This document shows, piece by piece, positions 23,890-31,661 of a stretch of 34,439 nt of DNA. Numbering within the stretch: the stretch's first letter is position 1; each line of letters opens with the position of its first letter. This DNA comes from a virus (taxonomy: Duplodnaviria > Caudoviricetes): the IMG/VR virus record IMGVR_UViG_3300047558_000033, positions 1 to 34,439 of that record; one strand, given 5' to 3'. The notes below the pieces were generated by a model, which worked only from the letters and a program-made list of their open reading frames with translations, searched no databases and had not been told where the DNA came from. The position numbers were made by a program, and so were the translations under genes.

Positions 23890-24194
23890 ACTTGTCCTGG
23901 TCTTGTTCTAAAGAAACGATTATCAGGGTTGTTCAAGAAGGCACGAAACCTTTTCTCATCCATTACCGCAAAACCTCGCATGATTCCTTGCTTGTTGAGT
24001 TCATCAACAACCACGTTAGGAATACTAGCGATCTTTGTCCATTCACCCCACTTAGCTTTCTCATCAATGGCATTAAATTGAGCCTTGTTGCTCTCAATAA
24101 TCCCAGAAATGTCCTGCTTAGTCTCGATGAGATATTTCCCATCAATGTCGTGAAAGTTCGTTTGTTTACCGTCTTGTGATGATATGTGGCGCAT
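23886..24194 (-). CDS. Conserved hypothetical protein downstream of the capsid gene
   Basis: 102 aa with KIASIP...FLNNPDNRFFRT. Confidence 0.75.
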   Translation of the reverse strand: MRHISSQDGKQTNFHDIDGKYLIETKQDISGIIESNKAQFNAIDEKAKWGEWTKIASIPNVVVDELNKQGIMRGFAVMDEKRFRAFLNNPDNRFFRTRPGQV

Positions 24195-24222
24195 AAGAAA
24201 AGGGGGGTGATTAGCCCCCCAA
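24195..24222 (-). terminator. Intrinsic terminator after the major capsid gene
   Basis: GGGGGG-CTAATCA-CCCCCC-TTTTCTT on the minus strand. Confidence 0.75.
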
Positions 24223-24227
24223 TGTTA

Positions 24228-25178
24228 TCAAGAAGTAGACAAGTCAGCGGCGATGCCGTGAGCTGCTTCGTTACGCATTTCGAGTGTCAACTCAGCCAAA
24301 ATCTGAGTCTTCTCGCTGTCGCCAGCCTTGGCCAATTCGTTTGTAGCGAATGGGCGCAGGTAAGCAACTGCTGCGTATTCTGGGTCGAGCACCAGAGCGT
24401 CACGAGTACGCATGAAGCGGCTAGGAACCACGCTCACAGTGCCGAAGTCGCTCATGTAAACGTCAGCAGCGCCGATGATGGTTGTTGGGCCATCAGAAGG
24501 AGCCATGAAACGCTGTGCAGCGATACCAGCAAAACCAGACACGGTTTGCTTCTGGAATGGGCCAACCATCAAAATCTTGGGGTTGCCACCAGAGCTGTAA
24601 ACCTTCTGGATAACGTCTTTCAAGATTGTCTCTGTGAAAGCGCGTTGTGTGCCATCGGTACGGGTAGACACGCCGATAGTAGTTGGGTCAACACCAGCAG
24701 TAGTGCCAGAAGACTTGTTTGTGTTGGTCTTAATCCAAGACAACATTGCACCCATAGTGCGAGCTGTCGAACCATCACCAGCAGAGCGGCCTTGGTTAGC
24801 AGTCAAGATGGTTTCAATGTCGCGCTTGAGTTCGGCAGAAGCCTTGCTCAATTGGTAAGCCTTTTCGCTCTTACGACCAGCTTTGTCCACAGACTCCAAA
24901 GTGCCAGAGATTTTGATGGTCTTCTGCACGATTTGGGTATAGTTGCCCAAACGAGTAGTGGGAGACATAGTTGCGTCAGAAGCGTCAGCGCCTTCAACAG
25001 CAGCGTTGGCAGTTGTAGCAGCAGCCAAGCTGTCAGTTTGCCACTCGTGGTAAACAGCAGTAGCTTTAGCACGAGCCAAAGTGTTCAACAATGGGGTGTC
25101 GGTGGGGCTAATGTCATAGATAACATCAGACAGGTCTTCACGCTGACCAATAGCGGTGTAGGTTTGATAAGTAGCCAT
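24228..25178 (-). CDS. Major capsid protein (DUF5309/SU10-like)
   Basis: GQREDLSDVIYDISPTDTP...HEWQTDSL...RLGNYTQI...ELKRDIE...LAKAGDSEK; GGAG SD; strong codon bias. Confidence 0.9.
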   Translation of the reverse strand: MATYQTYTAIGQREDLSDVIYDISPTDTPLLNTLARAKATAVYHEWQTDSLAAATTANAAVEGADASDATMSPTTRLGNYTQIVQKTIKISGTLESVDKAGRKSEKAYQLSKASAELKRDIETILTANQGRSAGDGSTARTMGAMLSWIKTNTNKSSGTTAGVDPTTIGVSTRTDGTQRAFTETILKDVIQKVYSSGGNPKILMVGPFQKQTVSGFAGIAAQRFMAPSDGPTTIIGAADVYMSDFGTVSVVPSRFMRTRDALVLDPEYAAVAYLRPFATNELAKAGDSEKTQILAELTLEMRNEAAHGIAADLSTS

Positions 25179-25191
25179 TTTTTAACTCCGA

Positions 25192-26139
25192 TTACAAGAA
25201 TTTTTCAAAAACTCGCGCTGCGTCACGGACATTGCCAGTTTTACGCAACTGCGAGTGCAGTTTTTTGTTCTGTTCTGCTTCTGCATTACGGGGGTTTGAA
25301 GTACCAGCTTTGAGCATCTTCGGAGCCGCTTCCACTTTCTTAGTGATTGAAGGCTTATTACTCTGAAGTTTGGCGTACTTCATGCCGTGATACAGATTCA
25401 AAACAGCGCGAGAATCGTACAGATTTGCAAGCTCTTGGTCTGACCAACCGACAGACTTGGCGTACTCACGAATATCCTTGCGGATTTGGTCGCCTTGTTT
25501 GGGGTCGCCATAGCCAGGAATTAGGCTAGTCAATTTCTGACTTTCTTCAGCGAGATGATTTTGCAGGCGCTCAGATTGCTCGGCTTGTTGCTGTTCAGCA
25601 ATGCGTTGCTGCTCTTGTTGCAGGACTGCTAATTGTTTCTCTCGTTGCGCCTGTTCAGCCACCTTCACGGCATAGCCGATTGGGTCAACTTCCTTGAGTG
25701 CTTCCAAATTTTCACCCTTGTTCTGTTGCTGGAGAAATTGCTCCATCATTTGCAGACGTTGGGCGTACTGATCTCTTAATTTGTTCGCTTCCTGAATTTT
25801 CGCTCGTTCGGCTTCCACCGCTTTGCGTTCTTCAGCAAGTTTCTGGGTCTTCTTGGTGTAATCCGCGCCTAATTGGTAGCCCTCAATAAGCTCAGTCTCA
25901 GTTACTTCACGATCTTCACCAGCAGCTTTAATGCGGAAAGTTCGTGCAGGCTGTTCTTCAGCTTCTTCAGAATCTACCAACTCGGACTCGGATTCCTCAA
26001 CATATTCCTCGACTGCTTCCTCAGTTTCAGGTTGGCTGTTTTCAGCGCCCTCTGCTGCATCCATCATGCCTAGAAATGCTGCTGCGGCTGTGTCCACCGT
26101 CAGCGTTCCACTACCTTGCGGTGTCGTGTTTTCGCTCAT
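25192..26139 (-). CDS. Capsid scaffolding protein
   Basis: Acidic N-terminus, EVTETELIEGYQLGADYTKKTQKLAE, coiled coil; precedes the capsid gene. Confidence 0.85.
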   Translation of the reverse strand: MSENTTPQGSGTLTVDTAAAAFLGMMDAAEGAENSQPETEEAVEEYVEESESELVDSEEAEEQPARTFRIKAAGEDREVTETELIEGYQLGADYTKKTQKLAEERKAVEAERAKIQEANKLRDQYAQRLQMMEQFLQQQNKGENLEALKEVDPIGYAVKVAEQAQREKQLAVLQQEQQRIAEQQQAEQSERLQNHLAEESQKLTSLIPGYGDPKQGDQIRKDIREYAKSVGWSDQELANLYDSRAVLNLYHGMKYAKLQSNKPSITKKVEAAPKMLKAGTSNPRNAEAEQNKKLHSQLRKTGNVRDAARVFEKFL

Positions 26140-26178
26140 TTGATTCCCAAATTGTCAGTCTAAACCGTAGACCACGGA

Positions 26179-26409
26179 TTACAGGATTTTCCAAATCTTT
26201 TCTTTGATCTGCTTTGTGGCAGAGATAGATTCGAAATGTCCTATGACAGATTGTAATGCGTTTATTTTCATATACGCAACTTCTCTTTCATCAACTTGAT
26301 GAGGCAGAGAATGAATGATCTTTTGCATCTCAATGTTTTTCAAGGCTTCAATCTCACCTTTGAAAAAGTCGTCATTGAGCAGGTTTTTGGCTTTTTGAGT
26401 TTTATCCAT
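26179..26409 (-). CDS. Small conserved protein between portal and scaffold (76 aa)
   Basis: MDKTQKAKNLLNDDFF...; start reassigned to 26409 (TGATG). Confidence 0.75.
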   Translation of the reverse strand: MDKTQKAKNLLNDDFFKGEIEALKNIEMQKIIHSLPHQVDEREVAYMKINALQSVIGHFESISATKQIKEKIWKIL

Positions 26410-26936
26410 CACCATCCAAAAATGTCTGAAATGCCTTCGGTCAGGTCGTCTAATGGCTCTGCCAGTTTTGAACCAACCATGCCACCAATGATGCCACCGC
26501 CAGGAATCGGCAAGAAACTTCCTGCCAAAGCGCCAGCAGTACCCCAAAACTGAGCATTTTCAGCCGCTTCTTTCTGGGCTTCTGCCTGAGATTTGCCTGC
26601 GGCAATCTGGTCTGCGTAAGTTTCGTTGTATATGCGCTGTGCTTTGTCTGCGGCGTTTTCGTAGACCATTCGGTACTTTTCAGCATCAAACTCAGCAGGC
26701 TTGAAGTATTCAGCAGACGGGGCAACCTCGCCAACAAAACGCTGTGCGCCTGTTTCATACGGAGTTGCTTGCTGTGGAACGGTAGCCAAGCCAGCCAAAA
26801 TGTCGTCAATCGTCATGTTTGACTGATATTGTGGGCGGCTTGTGTATTGGCCTTGCACACCAGCAAGAATCTGGTCAATCGTGTAAGGCTGTGAGTTTGC
26901 ACCAGCCGAAAACAACTGGTCTAGTGTTGGTGTCAT
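26409..26936 (-). CDS. Hypothetical protein with N-terminal repeats and C-terminal glycine zipper
   Basis: TLDQLF / TIDQILAG / TIDDILAG repeats; GTAGALAGSFLPIPGGGIIGGMVG. Confidence 0.7.
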   Translation of the reverse strand: MTPTLDQLFSAGANSQPYTIDQILAGVQGQYTSRPQYQSNMTIDDILAGLATVPQQATPYETGAQRFVGEVAPSAEYFKPAEFDAEKYRMVYENAADKAQRIYNETYADQIAAGKSQAEAQKEAAENAQFWGTAGALAGSFLPIPGGGIIGGMVGSKLAEPLDDLTEGISDIFGW

Positions 26937-29029
26937 CCTGGTATCTCCACGTTAGAAGTGATGCCTGCGCCAACCTTCATTGCTTTCATTTGAGCCTCTG
27001 CCATGAATTCCTCTTGCTTGAGAGCCAACTCAGCGGCAGACTTTTCACGCTCAAACTGCAACTTAGCAGCCTCTTTTTCACGCATCAACTGAATCTCAGC
27101 GGCGGCTTTCTGTTGGGCAAGCTGAATGTCAGCCTGCGCCTTCATCTGTTGAGCCTGAATGTCAGCCTGTGTCTTAGCCATATACGCTTGGACTTCAGGT
27201 GGCATTTGTTGCTGTTGTGGCTGTGGCTGGCTCATAGCCTGATCTTGTTCAGGTGTAATGGACTTGTAGAACTCAGCAGAATCCTTAAAGCCAGCCGCCT
27301 CAACCATGCGACCCAAGGTGTTGCGGTATTGACCCATAGAAACCAACGGATTGGCTGGCCCCATCTGGCCCAAAACTTGCTCTTGCTTGGCGAGAACCAT
27401 GTTGAGCATAGCCATCTGTTCCTGACGATTGCCAGCACCCAAGCCTACGTTAATGTCCACATCGTACTGATTCGACCACTCACGAGGGTCAAATTGAACG
27501 TATTGGCCACGCATCCGAACGATACGAGCCTTGTCTTGGTACTTGCACAGAAGATGCAAGATGCCTTTGAACAATGACTTAACGCCTGTCTCAGCAAAGA
27601 TTCGAGCAATCATCTCGATCTTTCCTGCGGCACTTTGTTGCATAGAAGCAACAGCGGCGGCAGTTACGTTTTGCAGGATAGATGGGTCTAAGCCTTGGCT
27701 TGCCTCTGTTACGCCTGTGCGCTTCTGTTGGATTGAATCCAAATAGGAGAGCATTGGGAAAGCCTGACCTGCCATTGATTGAACGGTCAACTGTTGGACA
27801 GCGCCAGCAGACTTAACGCGAACAACACCGCCTGCGGTAGAAGTAAGCAAGTCGTCAAGGTTTACTTGACCGTCAACGGCAGTAACGCGAGCGTTGTTTG
27901 TCAGATACAAGTTATCCAAGATTTGACGAGTGATCGTGGTCTTGATTAACTGAATATCCATTGTGCGGTCTGCCATTGACTCGCCAAAGAACTTGTGAGG
28001 CGTTGGGATTGGGCAGATTGAGTGGAAAGGAACGTAATCGGTTTCTTCGTCACTCAGGATTTCGTTTGATGCGTAGAAGACTTGGCGCAGTTCAGCGATA
28101 CCGTCACCGTCTACGTCAGCGCGGACATAACACTCAAACACCTCAATGGTCTGCATTGAGTCATCAAGGCTTTGTGCATCGTCAGGATTCTCACCGTTGC
28201 TGACACGAGCCAAGTATTCAGGCGAGAAAGTCAAAGAATCTGACGTTTGCAAGCCGTTCACAATGTCCTTATCAAAACCCATTGCAATCAGGTCGCTACG
28301 GGTAATCAGGCGGCGATGAGCCACAAAAGGAGCGTCTGAAGGGCTACGCTTTGCGCGTTTAGAGATCAAGAACTCCTCTGGTGGGATATTCTCAACAACC
28401 ACGTTGCCAGACTTCTTTTTCTTCTTGACTGTGACGCTGTTAGACGTATACATCACAGGCTTACCCATCTGATCTAGCACAGGATTGCCAGCAGGGTCTT
28501 TAAGTTCGTTCTCGACTACCTCTTTCTCGACCACTTCCATAGTCTCGTCAGAAAGAAGCATTGCCAGCTCGTCATCAGACAGGTCGCGGTACTTTTCTTT
28601 CGTAACGTCTTCCTTGTCTTCCCAATAGGCTTTAACTACGCCGACCTTTTGCAAGAGAGCGTCTTTAAACCAATCGTGCAAGATGATTACGCCATCGTTG
28701 TCACGCATGAACACCCAATTAACGTACTCAGTCGCTTGTTTTGCGCCTGCTTCGTCTTGTGGGCCACGAGGGTCAAAACGCACCACTTCATCAGAAGCAG
28801 AGAAGATGCGAACCAGAGAAGGCAAAGCGCCATCAACGGCTTCTGCAACTTCTCCAGTAACAATTGAGGATTTGCCCTCGACCTCGTTATTGTATGGTTG
28901 ACGCAAATAAGCTCTAATAGCATCTTCACGTTGCTGAGTTGTTTCCGTTTCCAAAAATCCGATACTGTTGTCAATTTCGGATTCAATAATTGCTTTGAGT
29001 TTGTCGTCACTCACAGTGTTTGTAGCCAT
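26933..29029 (-). CDS. Portal protein (P22-like); start may be GTG 29014
   Basis: 698 aa downstream of terminase with a Gln-rich C-terminal barrel; WFKDALLQKVGVVK, PPEEFLI, RQILDNLYLTNN. Confidence 0.9.
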   Translation of the reverse strand: MATNTVSDDKLKAIIESEIDNSIGFLETETTQQREDAIRAYLRQPYNNEVEGKSSIVTGEVAEAVDGALPSLVRIFSASDEVVRFDPRGPQDEAGAKQATEYVNWVFMRDNDGVIILHDWFKDALLQKVGVVKAYWEDKEDVTKEKYRDLSDDELAMLLSDETMEVVEKEVVENELKDPAGNPVLDQMGKPVMYTSNSVTVKKKKKSGNVVVENIPPEEFLISKRAKRSPSDAPFVAHRRLITRSDLIAMGFDKDIVNGLQTSDSLTFSPEYLARVSNGENPDDAQSLDDSMQTIEVFECYVRADVDGDGIAELRQVFYASNEILSDEETDYVPFHSICPIPTPHKFFGESMADRTMDIQLIKTTITRQILDNLYLTNNARVTAVDGQVNLDDLLTSTAGGVVRVKSAGAVQQLTVQSMAGQAFPMLSYLDSIQQKRTGVTEASQGLDPSILQNVTAAAVASMQQSAAGKIEMIARIFAETGVKSLFKGILHLLCKYQDKARIVRMRGQYVQFDPREWSNQYDVDINVGLGAGNRQEQMAMLNMVLAKQEQVLGQMGPANPLVSMGQYRNTLGRMVEAAGFKDSAEFYKSITPEQDQAMSQPQPQQQQMPPEVQAYMAKTQADIQAQQMKAQADIQLAQQKAAAEIQLMREKEAAKLQFEREKSAAELALKQEEFMAEAQMKAMKVGAGITSNVEIPG

Positions 29030-29604
29030 TCGTTTCGCTCCGTATAAGTCATTCTGTTTGCTTTTCTTACATTAAGAAACTCAGGAATGACTTGAATGTT
29101 GTCAGCACTATGAAACCCGCTGGCTGTCTTAGCTTGTAACGGAATCATGTGATCTATGTGCCATTTTATGCCAGTTATCAGCTCTCTTTGCTTTGCCAAC
29201 TTTAGGGCTTCATGTATGACAAATCTATCAAATTCACCATACCAGCATGGAGTGGCATTTATTTTTGCGGCTCTTCGCTTATGAAAATCAGCAAAGACTT
29301 TTTCTTTGTTGTTCAACTTCCATAAGCGCAATCTCTCTCTCTGAGATTCTCTGTTTCTATCAGCCCAAGCATTTTTATATGCTTTCATCTTTTCAGGATT
29401 AGCTTCTCGCCATTCCTTACTTTTATGCTTATTTGTAACAGCCCAATCGTTTTTCAATTGCTTTGCAAAAGACACGCAGGCATCACAAAGGCAGTCTCCA
29501 TTGAGTCTGCGCTCTGCAATACCGCCACGTTTGCATGGCTTGCCAGTAAAGTAGGTCTTTAAACCTGCCTTCTTAGCTTCCTTGCGATTCCTTGGCTGGC
29601 TCAT
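29011..29604 (-). CDS. HNH endonuclease
   Basis: YFTGKPCKRG...CLCDAC and WHIDHMIPLQ...GFHSADNIQVIP...NVRKAN. Confidence 0.88.
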   Translation of the reverse strand: MSQPRNRKEAKKAGLKTYFTGKPCKRGGIAERRLNGDCLCDACVSFAKQLKNDWAVTNKHKSKEWREANPEKMKAYKNAWADRNRESQRERLRLWKLNNKEKVFADFHKRRAAKINATPCWYGEFDRFVIHEALKLAKQRELITGIKWHIDHMIPLQAKTASGFHSADNIQVIPEFLNVRKANRMTYTERNEWLQTL

Positions 29605-29746
29605 CTTTTACCTTTGGTGGCCTGCCCATTCGAGGGCGTTGCTCCGATTGTAATGCGTTTACCATATTTTCAAGCGTTTCGATACGTTTTTCAAGCATAT
29701 CAATCTTACGGCGGTCAGCAAGGTCGCCTTGTTTCATTAAGAACAT
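29573..29746 (-). CDS. Small coiled-coil protein with GRPPK (AT-hook-like) motif (57 aa)
   Basis: TGATG coupling to the terL stop. Confidence 0.65.
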   Translation of the reverse strand: MFLMKQGDLADRRKIDMLEKRIETLENMVNALQSEQRPRMGRPPKVKDEPAKESQGS

Positions 29747-30996
29747 CAGACTATCCATTTCGGTCTTTGGTTGATAGATTTACCCCACGATGAACCAGAT
29801 TCGTCTAGTCCAACAGCGAGATAGCGGAAAGCATCAGCAGCATGGGAGTGCTGGTCGTGAAGTGGCTTATTGCTAAACATCTTGGTGTTTGGGTCTACGT
29901 CATAGCGGTAATGGCGTAGGTTTTGAAGTCCGTCAGCGCACCTAGTTTCGTCAAAGAAACACCTGTCCAAGAGCATACGGGCGGCGTTAATACCGTCAGC
30001 AATAGACAATTTAGGCGTGATTCTTACTGGTTTGCCCATTGATTCAAGAATGTCCTTGACCGATTTGCCCGTCATATTCTTATGCTCGGCATCGTGTGGG
30101 AGCCACCAATCCTTGTAAACATAGCCCTTGTCTTGCAGGACTTGGGCATAGTGGTCAATTGGCTTTTGACAGTTTTGGTAGAAATCAATGACTCTGACCT
30201 CACCGCCTGAGATAGCCTGGACAAACCAAATAGAAGTCATATCAGCCCAACCCAAATCCCAGAAGGTTTGGACAGGGATGGTCTTGTCAATAATCAACTC
30301 ACGGATTCTGTTGTCTTCTTGGGCTTTTCTCAGCTCGTTAGCGTAGACAGCGCCATCCAACATCTGACGGGTATGCCCTTCCCAAACGTTGAGATAGCTG
30401 TCCATATCCTTTTCTCGCAGAGTTTCTAACTCCTCTTTGAGAACTTCAGGAAACCAAGGGTTATCAGACCAGTTGACCTTGTGGACTTGTGCGCTTGGCG
30501 GAGAGTTCAAGACGAACCGCTTGTAAGTCTCGTCAGTATCTAGGTCAGGGTTGAAAGTCACCCAAATCTCAGAGTTCGGCTTGCGAATGGTAGGAATCAA
30601 GGTTTCCCAAGAGACTTTTGATACCGCCTGACCTTCCTCAATCCAGCAAATATCCACACCCTCAAACGACTTGATAGATGTGACGTTGTGCTTTAGACCA
30701 GCAAACGAGAACTCAGAGCCGTTGACTCCGTAGATAGCTGTACGCTGTACGTCAAAGAACGACTCAAGCCCCATAGCCTTTATTTGGTCATGGAGCAGGG
30801 CAATAACTGAGTCTGAGATTGAGTTCTGCAACTCACGGGCGCAAAGTACCCTAGTTGGCTTTTGGACTGCAATGGCAATCAAAGCGCGAGCAACACCCCA
30901 CGATTTACCTGAACCCCTACCCCCGTAGAGAATCTTGTAACGTGCTGGCTCAAACAAGAATCCCAGTTTTTCAGGGAAATCTAGTTCAAGATTCAT
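29746..30996 (-). CDS. terL: Terminase large subunit (PBSX-like)
   Basis: YGGRGSGKS Walker A, WIEEGQ Walker B, TFNP, WDLG, HAADAFRY. Confidence 0.96.
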   Translation of the reverse strand: MNLELDFPEKLGFLFEPARYKILYGGRGSGKSWGVARALIAIAVQKPTRVLCARELQNSISDSVIALLHDQIKAMGLESFFDVQRTAIYGVNGSEFSFAGLKHNVTSIKSFEGVDICWIEEGQAVSKVSWETLIPTIRKPNSEIWVTFNPDLDTDETYKRFVLNSPPSAQVHKVNWSDNPWFPEVLKEELETLREKDMDSYLNVWEGHTRQMLDGAVYANELRKAQEDNRIRELIIDKTIPVQTFWDLGWADMTSIWFVQAISGGEVRVIDFYQNCQKPIDHYAQVLQDKGYVYKDWWLPHDAEHKNMTGKSVKDILESMGKPVRITPKLSIADGINAARMLLDRCFFDETRCADGLQNLRHYRYDVDPNTKMFSNKPLHDQHSHAADAFRYLAVGLDESGSSWGKSINQRPKWIV

Positions 30997-31297
30997 TAGG
31001 CTTCTTTAGATTGATCGTGATGCCTGAGACTTGGACAGGGCCACCATCAGGGCCAGTCATCTCAGTACGAGCCAACTTCGGAATGTGATATTCGATGGCT
31101 CTAAGGTACAGATCAGCAGCTTTGGCAGGGTCAGGCTTATTTCCACCTACACCCATAGCAACATCATCAAGCCACTCTTGCAGTTTATGGGCATTACCCT
31201 CTGCAAACACCGCGATCGCCTCTCTAACAGCGGCTGTGGCCTTATTAGGGCTACCTTTTGGGCGACCACCACCAATATTTTCAGGTTGTTTATTCAT
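30986..31297 (-). CDS. terS: Terminase small subunit
   Basis: GGRPKGSPNKAT...EYHIPKLARTEMTGPDGGP; directly upstream of terL. Confidence 0.8.
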   Translation of the reverse strand: MNKQPENIGGGRPKGSPNKATAAVREAIAVFAEGNAHKLQEWLDDVAMGVGGNKPDPAKAADLYLRAIEYHIPKLARTEMTGPDGGPVQVSGITINLKKPNES

Positions 31298-31326
31298 TTC
31301 TTACCATTTCCTTACGGCTTGATGGT

Positions 31327-31614
31327 TTACTTGATTTCTTTAAATTCAGGCTCTCGCTTTTCCAGCAATGAAAGCGAAAACTCTAAACCGTTGTAAAGAC
31401 CATGATGATATTTGTCGTCACAATTCTTTATAAATGAATCTTGAACATCTCTCATGTTCTTTAATTCATGTGCAAATTTTTCTAACTTATCAATCTTTGA
31501 GCAATCTAGTGCTTCATAAAGTGATTTTCTAAGTTTTTGCAAATCTTCTGGATAACCTGTAATAGTAAAGTTATCCAAACACAAGATTGCATTTTCTATG
31601 CTTTTGCGTGTCAT
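31327..31614 (-). CDS. AT-rich moron-like hypothetical protein (95 aa)
   Basis: ATG at 31614 with AAGGAA SD; Y..GLYNGLEF.LS.LE.REP motif; lower GC than its flanks. Confidence 0.7.
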   Translation of the reverse strand: MTRKSIENAILCLDNFTITGYPEDLQKLRKSLYEALDCSKIDKLEKFAHELKNMRDVQDSFIKNCDDKYHHGLYNGLEFSLSLLEKREPEFKEIK

Positions 31615-31661
31615 GTTTTTTACCAATTCCTTAAAGGCTCGTTGGTGTAGTTGATATGTGG

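Noticed and set aside
24195-24230. Capsid C-terminal extension by read-through or frameshift
   Set aside because: Tandem stop codons, an immediate terminator and no slippery heptamer seen.
24186-25313. 375-aa plus-strand ORF antisense to the capsid gene (and similar ones at 26819-27577, 415-1071, 4739-5329)
   Set aside because: Shadow ORFs caused by codon bias of the sense genes; no motifs, SD or operon context.
26140-26181. Stop read-through fusing the 76-aa protein to the scaffold (same frame, pseudoknot after TAA)
   Set aside because: A second in-frame stop (TGA) occurs eight codons later, before the scaffold ATG.
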